Assembly (NCBI GenBank): GCA_012026655.1
Contig: JAAILG010001477.1
Location: 1 to 64,000, forward strand
Length of the DNA: 64,000 bases
Reading direction: 5' to 3'
DNA from: Hydrolagus affinis
Taxonomy: Eukaryota
In this document: in pieces, positions 12,228-24,902 of the stretch
Numbering within the stretch: position 1 is the stretch's first letter
Layout of the letters: each line of letters opens with the position of its first letter
Notes under the pieces: model-generated
The model's input: only the letters and a program-made list of their open reading frames with translations
What the model was told of the DNA's origin: nothing
Databases searched by the model: none
Made by a program: the position numbers and the translations under genes

Positions 12228-12989
12228 AGGATTGACTCAATTCTGATATTCCATTGCCAAGTATGACATCAGAGCCAATTCACCGTCACAGACTTCCCAC
12301 CCCCAGATAGCATCAACATTTTCACTGTAAGAATATGCATAATACCACTTCCCAAATACAATGATTGCTTTAGTAGATGAAGGCAGCAGGAATGTGAAAT
12401 GTTGGCTAGGACACTGAAAGAAGCTCGCTTCTTAAATAATATCACTTTATTGGAAAGTCCATCTGAGCAAAGAGACAGAATCTTCTTTTTAATATCTGAA
12501 ACACTTCAATTTTGCCTTCCCCAGCATTACACTAGAGTGTGTAATTCCAACAACAAAAACTTGCATTTATACAGCACTTTCCATGTAGGGTGGCGTTTCA
12601 TGACGCTTAAAGTCTAGCCTATATGGTTCATCAAAAAAAAATGACTTGGAGCTTGAACATACAACCTTCTGACACAGAATCTAGCATTCTACCAACATAG
12701 ACAAAAATCATGCTAACAATTTATATTGTTGTCACAAAGAGTTTATTTTCTTATCAGTTATTTTTTATATAGCTTACACTGAACAGCATTTTCCCTTTCC
12801 TGCAAGCCTCTCTATACTGCAACTAGTTCATCCTATAACATGTTTCCTTTCCCTTGCTGTGCATTTTCATTTGGTTAACACAATTTAAATTCAGATGTAC
12901 TAACGCCATTTTATATGTCACCAATAGTTAAAATGTGATTACTTGTTAGTATTTATTTTGATGAAAAGATTGATTGTTTTCTCCACAAA

Positions 12990-13480
12990 AGGTTTTTCCT
13001 CTCATCCCTGCCCAGTCACCTGTGGAGTAGCCCAAGACACCATCCTAATCCCTTCTTTCCCTTATTTACGTGCCCCTTACCAGTGATGTCGTCAACTTCC
13101 ACATGTATGCAGATGAAATCCAAATCTACTTTTCCACCTCAAGCTATGGCTCCCAGATGTTCTGTCAGCTTGTTTGTCAAACATCAAGGCTTGAATGAGC
13201 ACAAACTTCCTGTAGTTCAATGTCATCAAGACAGAAGCCATGGCTCAAGTCAACATCTTCTCTCCAGTGTTCTGACCTCCTCAACCTCCTTGACCTATCC
13301 CTATGTTTTACTGAACCTGTTTGATCGCCAGTTTTTCTTCCTGCGGTACATCCAGAGCCACTTTCTTCCGTCACATTGCTCATTGCTGACCGCATGTCAC
13401 ACCCCACGCAGCCAAAACCCTCATCTTTACTTTCGTGCACTCTTCTCCCCGGCTCCACAATCCACAAAATCCAGTTAATT
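12990..13480 (+). mobile_element. Degraded L2 RT fragment
   Basis: ggagtagcccaagacaccatcct (GVPQG-like) and ttccacatgtatgcagatgaaatccaaatctac (FHMYADxxQIY). Confidence 0.7.
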
Positions 13481-13539
13481 GAAAGATCACCTGCTCTAAA
13501 CTCTGCAACTAAACTCTGTGGAGATAGTCCCTAAAAAAA

Positions 13540-13876
13540 AACCTAATAATAATTTGGTCACTCAATCCATGATTGTTTGTGGGACACTTGTGTGCAATTG
13601 GCTGCAGCGTTTCACCCGCTGTATATTCTATGCAGCGCTTTGAGACATTCATCCCAAAGTCCCTTTGCTTCGCCCCCTCCCTGGCCTCCTTCAAGTCTCG
13701 CCTCAAGACTCTCCTCTTCGATGGACCCATTGACAACTCCTTATCCCCCCTTCCCCCGCCAGTAAATGTCCAGTGCCTTGGGACGTTCTCCTGATGTGAA
13801 AGGCGCTATACAAATGTAATTTTGTTGTTGTCTAGAAGATGTGAAGCTCTATATCAAATGTAAGCATTATTATTAG
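13540..13876 (+). mobile_element. SINE 3' half interrupted by an L2 3' tail (about 13647-13830)
   Basis: SINE ...gcgctttgagac | L2 tail ending aatgtaattttgttgttg | tctagaagatgtgaa...cattattatt. Confidence 0.8.
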
Positions 13877-14009
13877 TTTTACCTTAATCACAACAACAAA
13901 ATTTCATTTGCATAACGCTTTTTATGTCAGGAGGATATCCCAAGACACTGAACAGGCAGTATTTAGGACCGGAGGTTGTGTTAGGGATCCAGGAGGTTGG
14001 AGGGTAGGG

Positions 14010-14662
14010 CAGCGCTGCCAACCCTCCCGATTTTTGCGGAAGCCTTCCGCTTTTATATGCTCCCTTCCGCCCTCCCGATCCCAGATAAATAGCTTCGGAT
14101 TTTTTGCCATTTCATAATTTAAGGTAAATCCCCCTTGCACCACCCATATAGTTACTATATGTATATGTGTACAAGTCCACAGTGTCTCAGACGTTTGGAG
14201 GGAGTGTGTGCACTAGTTAGCAAGGCCGTGTGTGTGTGGCAGAAACCCCTCTGCAATGTACAGGGAGTCATAGTGTGCATTATGCAGTGTGTGTCTGTAT
14301 GTATGCTGCACTGCTGTACTGTAGTACACGCACGTGCTTGGGAGCTCCAAAGAGAGTAATACAAGGTAAGCTTAACCAGTGCTCCACATTAAATCTTTCT
14401 TTTAGAGGGCCCAGCTGGACCCTCAGATTTTTTCAAGGCGCCCAAGTGTGATGTAGATCCTTACTTTTTTTTTGCACGCTCAACGCTAAAATTAAGGTGT
14501 CCAGGGTGCCAGGATGCCTGTTAATGTCGAGCCCTGGCTTAACTATTGACTGATGCTAAAGTGATAGAGGCAATAACAAAATCCTTCCTGAAAATGTAAC
14601 AAACCTTCCTGAAAAATTACGACAACCTTCCTGAAAATCTTCCTTGAAGGTTGGCAGCTCTG
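14010..14662. mobile_element. hAT-like non-autonomous element
   Basis: TIRs CAGCGCTGCCAACC / GGTTGGCAGCTCTG and three subterminal ccttcctgaaaa repeats (14583-14637). No clean TSD. Confidence 0.65.
14377..14536. mobile_element. Small hAT-like MITE nested in the previous element
   Basis: TIRs CAGTGCTCCACATTAA / TTAATGTCGAGCCCTG flanked by the direct repeat gcttaac on both sides. Confidence 0.75.
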
Positions 14663-14729
14663 CTAGGTGGGAGGAAAGAGAGACTTTCCTACCCCCTACC
14701 AGAGCTGCCAACCTTCAAGGAAGATTGAT

Positions 14730-16560
14730 CGAAAGTACAGTAGAAGAGGGCCTTTAGGTGAGTCTTGAAGGAGGCAAGGGATGGATCCAGGCAGAGGGTT
14801 TTTAAGGGTGGAAGTGATCACGGACATTTCTAAAGTGGTGTGAATACTGCCAGTGGATAGGGAGGTTTATGATGTCTGTGAGTAGTGGGGCAAGGAGGTA
14901 GGGCTGGGAGGTAAGGAGAGGGAGCAGGAGGTAGATATGGGGTCAAGGAAGCAGGTGGTCAGTTTAAGCAGGTTATAGCAGTGGTGAGAGTTCAGTGGGA
15001 GACAGTTTTGAAGGTGTGGAGGGAGGGATGGGTACGGGCTAGGGTATGGGGAGAGAGCGTCGAAGACAGAAGGGCAGAGACAGGTGAGTGAATACCGTTG
15101 ACTTTGGATTTTAGCATCGCCACACAGTTAGCATTGGAGGTGAGGAAGGACGAGGCGTGAGAAGGTGAGTGGAGGAGCCAATTGGTGATGGAGAAGAAGA
15201 GCCTGCAGTGTACTTGGCCTCCACGTGTGATTTGGAGTAGAACCACGATTTAGCAGAGGCGAGGGCAGAACCGTAGGATTTGATAAGTTCCAGCCAGATC
15301 TGCCAATGAATCATTAAATTTGATTTAAGTCAGGTACGTTCAGCAGCACACACCTATGCTTTAAGGGAGCGGAAGTGGCTGGTGACCATGGTAACTTACG
15401 TGAGTTAGAGACGGAATGGGATGTGAGGGGACCAAGGGAATTGAGAATGGTGGAGTGGAAGTTGTGGAGTAGAGTGACCAAGGAGGATATAGGAATGCAG
15501 GAGGAAGCCCAGAGGAGGAGGAGGAGTTCGGATGACTTCAATGCAACAGAGAGGAAGGTGGGGGAGATTTACTTCCTGGGGTAGTACGAGATGGAGGTGG
15601 GTTGGGTGGTGGTGGGAAGAGGGATTGGGGAGTTAGGGGAGATGACGTTATGGTCCGAGATGGCTTTATAGTTGATGGTGTGGACCGTCAGATATGTTTG
15701 GCCCTGAGTGATCACCAGGTCAAAGAGGTGACCTTATACATGGATGTGGAGGTATATGTCGGCAGAGGTAGAGCAGGACGAGGTGATGTGAAACTGAAGT
15801 TGCCTAGGATGAAGAGGCGTTCGGAGCAGAGGGAGGATAGGAAAGTGGAGATATCTGGGAGGAAGGTGAGAGAGGATTGAGGAGGTGGGGGGGAATAGAT
15901 AAGAAGTTTGAGGGAAAGATTGAGGGGTGATAAAGGGTAAGATGCTTAAGGGAGGGGAAGGTTTCAGAGGACTAACAACAACAACAAAATTACATTGGTA
16001 TAGCGCCTTTCACGTCGGGAGGACATCCCAAGGTGCTGGACAGTCAATGCTTTGGACCCAAGCTGGGAACGGGGAGGGTGGAGGGAAGTGGGGTGACCAT
16101 CGGTACAGGTGAAGATGAGGGTCTTGAGGAGGGGGATTGAACGAGGCTAGGGAGGGGGCGAGGCAGAGGAATTGCGGGATGGAATTCCAAAGGTTGGAGG
16201 CAGAGTGGCTGAAGGCTCACCTGCTGATGGTGGAGCAGGCCATGTCACCCAGGTTTCACACCAGTGCCTATCAGACTCCATTGGCTCCCTATCACAGAAT
16301 GCATCAACTTCAAGATCTCAAACGTGCCTATAAATTGCTTCATGCCATAGTACCTCCGACCCCGCTCTGCTGGCTATGACCTGCTTGACCCTTGTCCCTT
16401 TCGCCATACCAGTGGCTGCCATGCTTTCCGTCACTTACCCCCATACTTTGGAACTCTGTCCTTCAATCTTCTTCCACTTCTTGGCTGTCCCATTTGTTTT
16501 ACCTTCAAAGATAATTTGCACGTTTTTCCCTATACTGTCTCTCTTTAAGATAGAGACTCA
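14730..16560. mobile_element. Cluster of L2 LINE fragments (endonuclease-proximal part on -, 3' tail on - at about 15972-16240, + fragment to about 16560)
   Basis: Minus-strand motifs LGNFSF...SDHQ/H and LHNFHST. A caa-repeat tail at 15975. Confidence 0.75.
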
Positions 16561-17127
16561 TCTCCACAGCTTCTCAAATACTCAACACTCACTACCTAAG
16601 CTGATACAAAGAATGATTACTTGAATAAACTACCAGAAAACTATACCCTGGCATAAATCATAGTCTTGATTTGAGAATGGGAGAAAATTTAAATTATAAT
16701 TACACAGTGCCAGCAACAGCAAAATTAAAGGATCCAATTATTTGTAACGTGTTTCTGATTTTTATAATAGAATTATGGAATGCTCACTTTTTTAAAGAGA
16801 CACTGCATTTTGTGCTCCATGTGTTAGATTTTAAAGATTTCATATGCCCTGTCCACATATGGCTCGCCCAAGATCAGTGTTATTTCTACATATTTAATGG
16901 CACTTAACCTCTGAAATTTAGAGTAATAATAGAGATTATCCTATCTATCATGGGGTTATCTACTCGTGAGCACACCTAATTTCAAAGAAAATATTTGTTT
17001 CTGTATGTTTCTCATAATCAGCCAAGTACACATATTAAAAATCAGAGCCAGCAATCATACTGAGAACACTAGTAATGGAACCTCTGCTACAGTTTGTGTT
17101 TCACTATTTGCATTTCTTTCCTTCTAG

Positions 17128-17144
17128 GCATTGCAACACACTGA
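17128..17144 (+). CDS. GK: Glycerol kinase terminal coding exon (G)IATH*
   Basis: Strong acceptor catttctttccttctag. Phase 1 gives G-I-A-T-H-stop (human ends GIP*). Followed by AT-rich sequence like a 3' UTR, with AATAAA at about 18020 and 19713. Confidence 0.78.
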
Positions 17145-20029
17145 CAAGTCATTTAACAGAATAGAAAAATACCTGTGTGGTACCATGTGATTGTTGACTC
17201 CAGCTTGTCAAATCATTCCTTGGAATGGCATCACTTAAGTGCTTCCATTATGAAATTATTCAATTATAGGTCTGATGCTTTAATTGCAGAGCAAATCACA
17301 TAAGACATTTAATTTAATCTTAACATGACATAATGCCTTTTAAGTACAGTGAACTGATAATTTGTCAAGACATAGTGCCTTTTAAGTACAGTAAACTGAT
17401 AAGTTGTGAAGGAAAAAGTGCTCACTGACGAGTTATCCAGTGTGGCGAGTTTCCAGTGTGGCGAGTTAGGCATATGCATATAATCAAAAAATGTGGCAGG
17501 AATATTGACAGCTTAATGATTAAGTGGCAGTGAACAAGTTAAGCCAGGATTGATTTATGAGAAGCCATATTAAAATCATAGGGAAATTGATTATCTAATA
17601 AGCTAATTTAGAAGATACTTTTGAATGTAGTGAATCAAATACTGTATTGATCCAAGGCTAAGATTTACCACTGCATTAATTGTCATTTTGATGCTGTGAT
17701 GGATTATTTCTGCCTGAGGGTGGTAGTGGATGCGGTTGAACTGCAACCATAAAACATGTATTTCTCTTATTAGCGTTGTAAGTGTCCTACTTAACTGATT
17801 TTGAGAGTGCAAGCTCAGAAAGGATCAACTGATAATTGAAAGAGGTAAACTAGGAGTGTGAAAAAAACTAGGAGTGTGAAAAAAATAAGAATATTAAATA
17901 ATATGAAAACAAAAAGGGAGCTAGGTAAAGAGATGTAAAGGTTCAGAACATGTTTGGATACCATCACAACTAACTACTGTGTATCTTGAAATTATCTGTA
18001 GTAAGAGTTTTAAACTCAGAATAAATTGATTTTGGGTGGTGCTATGATACATAAACCCAATTTATTTTGATCCACCTGAATTAATCTAGGCAGAATACAG
18101 TTGATATATGTATGTTTGTTTGAAAAGGTGACATATTAAAGCACTAGCTAAGAAAATTAAAGCATGCTATTAAAAATTAATTGGAGACTACTGTCATTAG
18201 AAGGTTGAAAGATGGGAGACAAAGAGGGAAAAATATTCTTTCAGATTGGCTGGATGTAGTTAGTGGCACATGTCCCAGGGATCTGCTGGGAACTTTTTTT
18301 CACCTTTATTAATAATTTTCAAGTTGAGATGAAGCACAATCTCAAACTTTGTAGAATTTAATTATGTAGAAAAGTGCAAAAAAATTAAGGATGACTTAAG
18401 AGCGCATTGATATGGTAGATATTTATTAATCTCCCACTGTTAAATGTTCTGAGATCAATATAATTTCTAAATATTTACTGGCACTTATGAAATTTAGAAA
18501 AAATCTGTTTTGCAACTGTTAAGTGTTCAAGAAACTGCACTGTTGCTGTAGATGCAGTTTAATGTTGATAGTTGTGAAACAGTAAGTTTTTAAGTATCCA
18601 ATCACATTGCAAAATGTTCCCTCTTCAGAGAACCAAAGCTATCGGTAACTAATCTGGGATTCTTTCACCAAAGTACAGTATATATCCTCCAGTTTCTTCA
18701 GCACAAAGGAGAGTCCAACTGGAAGTATTTTAGTTTTTCATTCTTTGTAACTAGAAACATTTTGTAATCGAGCAAACATGCATAACATGTTTATGCACAA
18801 AACAGCAAAGATCATTCCATGGATCTTCATCTAATGAATAATCCAAGAAGTGTTCCTAACACTAAACGTGTCTCAATTAAATGCTGCAAATTACTCTAGT
18901 AACATTTGAGGCAACAGGTTGAGAATTTGTTTGGGTGATTAACATCCATAGTACACTACTACTAAAATATCATGGGAGAAGTGACCAACTGACTTGCTAA
19001 AGTATCAACTGGTTTCTGGATGAGCTGAAAATCAGTCAGTAAAGTAGTTAACTACTGTAACTACTAAAGTAGTTAGTAAATGGTAAAATTAAAAGGTTGG
19101 AAATTTGTTTTTCATGCATAAAGTAGGTAGAACATGGAATATCCTGCCTATACAGCGGTTGAGGCAAAATCCATATTAACTTTCAAAAGACCTTTCGGGT
19201 CAAAAGGATGGCAGTGACATGGGGTCCACACGAAAGTCCATAATTCATTGAATGACACACTTTTTAACAACAGTGTGTTAATTGTCACCATCATGTCTAG
19301 AAGACATGAAAGGAGCTATATCAAATGCAAGGATTATTATTATCATCTGAGTTAACCGGTTGCATATCACTATTTTCACCCATTTCAATTTCTTCATTGC
19401 AACTAATTTGAGATTTAGAGTAGTGGTCAGGTAGGCTTTCTCGTTCAAATAGAATCGCTAAAGGCAATCCAGTATATAATTTAGCAGCTTTTAATACGGT
19501 ACCAAGCAGATGATCACTTCTGAAAACCTGCAGTTGTGCTTTAACATTACTGTTTATTCAAATGTAATTTTTTTTTTAAAAAGTTATTCTTTTATTTAAC
19601 AGATTCTATGCAAAGCAAACAACTAGTAAATAAGTTAAAACTGGAACTTAATTTTTTTAAATCTATTATTTGTAAAGTGACTTTAATGTATCTTTAAAAT
19701 ATTCCTTAACATAATAAACTATTGTGTTATCGATTTCAGTTTACTTCAGTGTGTATATTTTCTTTGCTTTTTCTCCTTCCAAGTGCTCTGAGACGCTACC
19801 CATGTATATAAATGTAACTTGTATATAAATGCAACTTGTTGTTTATATATTGTTCTTGAAGTGTAAGTATAATTCTCTAGTCAAAACTGCAGCTTTTTTC
19901 ATGCCTACTGTCACTTATACTCATCAGGCAAAATAACATACTCTTATCAATTGCAACTTCTTTTCCCAGGGAGATGTTTTGCCACCGACTACAAAAGTCC
20001 ACTTTTTCCCGCCTGCCCTATCTCACACC

Positions 20030-20330
20030 AATACAAACAAGACCCCCGATCATGCAATTGTCAGCTCCAGATTAAATTTTCCTTGACTCATCATTAACTT
20101 GAGTCACTTATAAATTCCATTTTATCCAGAATATTGTCACTCATATTCCTGCAACAGGCTCTGAGAGCCACAGACTTGGGCAGCACCCGATTCCCCCAAT
20201 GAACTGATTTCAATATCCTTAAAAAAAATCCATGTCCTTCACCCATTCTACCTCTGTAATCTCTGTAATTCAGTTCCCATAGATACTCTCCCCACTGTAC
20301 TACAAAACTGTACTCCCAAGATGCTGCGCT
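20030..20330 (-). mobile_element. CR1 endonuclease fragment
   Basis: Reverse strand shows degraded GEYLWEL-NYRD...DNILD and gacaattgcatgatcggg, typical of the CR1 ORF2 N-terminal part. Confidence 0.55.
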
Positions 20331-20844
20331 GCACAAAGGGTACTATATAAATGAAAGTTTTTGCTGTTTGCTTTGAACCAGCTTCATATCCTGTCTGTCG
20401 GATCATTGGCAGGTGAGCTTTAGCCACTCTTGCATCCCCTATCTCATATACTGATTGAGTTCTCACTTCATTCCTATCAGAAAGATGTTATATAATTCAT
20501 TTGTTATTGTAGCCTAAAAAATCTTTGTTCTTACAATTTTCTTTCCCAAAAACTCTTGACTTGCTAGGATACAATTCAATAGGCACAGCTGATCTCCAGT
20601 GTCTGTCTGAGGTAGCTTTTATTCACTTGTGAGCCCAGACATTGACTGTCAACAGGCTCTTCGATCATGTGGGTGAACATCAGAAGAGCGCTCCCACTCA
20701 CGTGCCATCACTGGAAGAATATTTCTGTCGGACCGACCGATTCCTGAAGAATATAACGATGGGATTCTTCTGGACTGGGATTGCTTTTCTCTTTCTAAAA
20801 CCTAGGAATTAAGCTAGGATATATATATTTTTTGATTGTTTTAG

Positions 20845-21125
20845 TGAGAGGAATTTGGTTCAAATCCCATCAGGTTAGGGCGAAACCTTGGGCAAGTTTC
20901 CTTACTCCTGCACGCCTGATAATAATTCCTCAAGAAAAAACCCACAATAAAAACACAATCATAAATTGGTAATTTCAATCTACAATTGTTTGTGGGACAT
21001 TACTGTGCTGCCGAGTTTAGCCCACAAATATACAGTCAATTCACTTTTACACGATATTCTGCGAAGCGCTTTGAGATGTCTAGAGTACATGAAAAGCACT
21101 ATATCAAATGCAAGGATTATTATTA
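20845..21125 (+). mobile_element. tRNA-derived SINE
   Basis: ggttcaaatcc...ggcgaaaccttgggcaagtttccttactcc...gcaaggattattatt. Confidence 0.9.
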
Positions 21126-21744
21126 AGGATTATAGGTGGTATTTATCAGCAATGACTAGATAATGACTAGGAAAGCAATGAAATACATTTTTAAAGATAA
21201 AAGAAATTTATAAAAAAGCATTTCCCCACCATGCCTGAGATGGTGCTGGCTCATCCACTGGATGAGTTATGATTATTATTTTTCTATCATCAGTTATTAT
21301 TCACTATATTCCCAAATCCTTGCTATTTCCCTGTATGTTTTTACATTTTTTCTCTTAAAATATGTGGCCAATTCCCTTTTGATGTTGTTTTGGTCTCAAC
21401 CTCAACAGCCACTTACAGAATACTGCCATGTTCTAATGATCCTTTGCCCTCTGTCTTATGAGAATTTAATCACTACTGTGTATTGTAATTTGCAATTTCT
21501 GAAAATAAATACAAAAAAAGTATTCCCCAAATGAATCCTTTTCCCTGAAACTCACTCATTATTACTGTTAAACATTGCTCAAAAAGTATTTCACCGTTCA
21601 TAATAGAAATAAGATTCATGTTGCATCCCATTCAGACATATTACCAATTAGTGATTTTTTTCCCCACTAAATTCCAATCAAAATATCTTTCTAAGCGTAC
21701 ATTTAAATAATTTAAAATACTGTTTGAAAAATTTAACGTGGGCG

Positions 21745-22178
21745 AACAACAACAACAATTTAAACTTATAAAGCGCCTTTCATGTCGGGAGGACGTCCCA
21801 AGGCGCTGCACAGGAGGCGTGTGACCCGAGCTGGGAGGGGAGTGTTCGGGAAGCGGTGAAACACGTAGGGGAGGTCGAAAAGTTCGGGGGGGAACAAAAA
21901 GGCACGGTCGAAAAGGAAAGTCTTCAAACCGGCCTTGAAAGAGGAAAGGGAAGAAACAAGGCGGAGGGATTGGGGGATGGAATTCCACAGGGTGGGAGCA
22001 GAGAAACTGAAGGCCCGGCCTCCGATGGTGGGGCGGTTCAGACGGGGGGCTTGGAGCAGGCCAATTCCTGCTGAACGGAGGGTCCGGGTGGGCTTATAAG
22101 GGGAGAGCAAATCGGTTAAATTGGGAGGTGCAAGGCCTTACACGGCCTTGCAGGTGAGGACGAGGATCTTGAACTCGA
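21745..22178 (-). mobile_element. Young L2 LINE 3' fragment
   Basis: (caa)n tail. ORF 21766-22110 contains RAFSFSAPTLWNSIP...FKAGLKTFLF, the L2 ORF2 C-terminus. Confidence 0.92.
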
Positions 22179-22179
22179 T

Positions 22180-23838
22180 AACAACAACAACAACAACTTT
22201 GATTTATATAGCGCACTCCACGCCAGATGGCATCTCAGAGCGCTTCACAGTAGCGGATCCCGGGACCGAGCTAGGGGCAGGGGCAGGGGCAGGAAGGTGA
22301 CCAAAAGCTCGGTCGAAGAGAAAGGTCTTCAACTGTGACCTGAAATTGGGAAGAGAGGAGGCGAAGCGAGTGAGGAAGGGAGTTCCAGAGCCTCTGGGCG
22401 TAGTGGCGAAAGGCACGCCCGCCGAGGGTGGAGTGGAGGATTCGGGGGACGTGGAGGAGGCCAGACCCAGAGGAGCGAAGGCAGCATGTGCTGGGTTGTG
22501 GGGAGAGGAGATCAGAGAGATAGGAGGGTGCAGAGGAGTGGAGAGATTTGAAAACAAGGGTGAGGATCTTGAAGTGGATCCTCTCTGGGATAGGGAGCTT
22601 GTGAAGTCTGGCAAGGACTGGGGTAATGGGGGAGCGAAGCTTAGAGCGGGTGAGTATGCGGGCGGCAGAGTTTTGAATAAGCTGGATTTTGTGGATTGTG
22701 GTGGAGGGGAGACCGGTGAGGAAGGCGTTGCAATAGTCCAGCCGAGAGGTGACAAAGGCATGGACCAAGGTTTCAGCAGCTTTTAAGGTGAGGTATTGCC
22801 GGAGACGGGTGATCCGTCGAAGGTGATAGAAGGCAGTGCTGGTGACGGACCAGATGTGGGGGAGGAAGGACAGTTGGGGGTTGAACCTGATGCCAAGGTT
22901 GCGCACAGGTTTGGAGAGTTTTAGGGGCAGGCCAGGAAGGTGGAGGAGGTGAGAGCCATGCAAATGGAGATGTTGGCGAGAGCCAAGGAGTATGGCCTCC
23001 GTCTTGTCAACATTCAGCTGCAAGCCAGCAGTTGGCAGAGGAGGGGGAGTTGGGTGAGCAGTAGGTTAGTGGGGATGGCATCGAGGCAGCAGGTTGTTGG
23101 CCTCTTAGGGGTGAGAGTGCGTGAGAGGGAGGAAGGAGAGACGAGGGAGAAGGAGTGTAGGAAGGGGGTTGAGGTAGGAGCTGAAGGTGGGGGGGGTGAG
23201 GGGGATGAGGTGAGGGTGCTAGTGGGAGACGAGAGGCTGGAGGATGATACTGCCTGGCGGATGTTGTGGATCTTGGAAGAAAAGAAGTCCATGATCTCCT
23301 CGCACTTCGCATTTGAAGTGAAGATTGAGGAGGCCTGAGGGGGTGCGTGGAGGAGGTGGTGGGTGGTGGAAAAGAGGACTTTAGGGTTGTTGTTTGTCTC
23401 TAGGATGATGTTGGAGTAGTAGGCCGTTTTTGCTTGACACAAAGAACGGCAGTAGCTGTGGAGATGCTCGAGCCACAGTTGGTGATGAACCGTGAGGCAG
23501 GTTTTCTGCCACCTGCACTCGAGCATCCGGGTTTGGCATTTGAGGGTGCGGAGATGAGAGTTGTACCAGGGGGAGCGGGTGGAGTTGGAAATAGACCTGG
23601 ATTTCAGGGGGACGAGAGAGTTGAAGGTGGAGGAAAGGTGGTCATGGAGCAGCTGGACAGCTGCTTCAGGATCGCTGTGGGTGGAAGACCAGATGGGTAG
23701 GAGGTCAGAGGATGTGAGGGCATCTGTGAGGGTCTCAGGGGGGAGACTTTTCCATGGGTGGAAAAGTATGGTTGAGGGCTTGGTGGAGGGGAGAGGGATG
23801 GAAGAGGAGAACGAGACAAGAAGGTGGTCCGATAACCT
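22180..23838 (-). mobile_element. Young L2 LINE, 5'-truncated, with the RT core deleted
   Basis: ORF 23014-23931 (SDHLLVSF...SPWYN...NNPKVLFS...TTCCLDAIPT) is followed directly by ORF 22271-23023 (LNVDKTE...VHAFVTSRLDYCN...LWNSLP). (caa)n tail at 22180. Confidence 0.92.
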
Positions 23839-23964
23839 GCAAAGTGAACTGAAATAATTGAGTTCTAATCTGCAGTTTCCAGTTTCATTGTGAATCAAAT
23901 AGACAAGTCTAGGCCTGCCTCTGTTTGACAATCTATTATCCTCAGAAAGATTTGAGACTGATAA

Positions 23965-24256
23965 ATGCTGAGCAACAAATCAGAGTTACTATAGCACAAC
24001 TGAAGAAAAGGGAGTGAAGCACTAGCTGAGATTAGATTGTGCTTTAGGATGTCGGAGAAGCTAAGGCAACCAATTGCTGCCTTAGAGCAGAGGTAGCTAG
24101 GTAACAACAAGCAAATAAAGTCAAGTGTAGTTTGAGAAAACATCAGCAACTGGCCATGAATTTCTGTGAAAGGTATTCCAGTAGCAGAACAGCATTTGGA
24201 GAGTTTTGTACTTTTACATTTCAGTTCTATATGGACTAGATAAAGGCTTTGTTAAG
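23965..24256 (+). promoter_or_regulatory. Candidate promoter and non-coding first exon of the CAP-Gly gene, with X-box (RFX)-like motifs
   Basis: GTTACTATAGCAC (23985), GTAGCTAGGTAAC (24093) and several RGCAAC half-sites. Perfect donor AAG|GTAAGT at 24256, upstream of the acceptor at 25288. Confidence 0.45.
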
Positions 24257-24902
24257 GTAAGTTTATTTTAAAGCAGAATACATTATTTAGACACTAATTT
24301 GCATCTGATGAAAAAATTAATTCAGGCTGTTTGAATACAATATATCAATATAACAGCAACAATAACAACAAAATTACATTTGTATAGTGCCTTTCACGTT
24401 GGGAGGACGACCTAAGGTGTTGAGCAATTCAGTGTTCATTTTTAATTTCAAATTAAACAATTCAAATTAAACAAATTGAACACTGAAATTCAACAATTTT
24501 AGTGTTCAATTTCTTGCAGCAGAGTATTTTGCAGTGTTATTTTTCGAGATTCAAGTCTACATCTTTTCTAATTAAATTTCGGAATGATTCACTTAACAGG
24601 CTGTGCAAGCAGATACCAGTTAGTACAGAATTTCTTTAACCTGATGTTAAATGATGCCTGGAACTGGTTACCTGGAAGGGTGGTTGAGGTCGGTTATTTA
24701 AAAAAAAATCTTGACGCTATGATGGGAAGATCATTGGATGGGTTTTCTGTAAGAGGATGTCAGGGCTGCAAACATGTGTTCTCCGTATATCGACTTTAAA
24801 ACATTCATTTCTGGACTTCCACCTTTTATTAGTGTTTCAGAACCAAAAGCCGAATGTTTTAAATGTTCCAGGTATGTCAACACCACATTGTGACAATAAT
24901 GT

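Noticed and set aside
22204-23931. Longest ORFs in the track (185-305 aa) as host genes
   Set aside because: They are L2 ORF2 remnants or their antisense and alternative frames.
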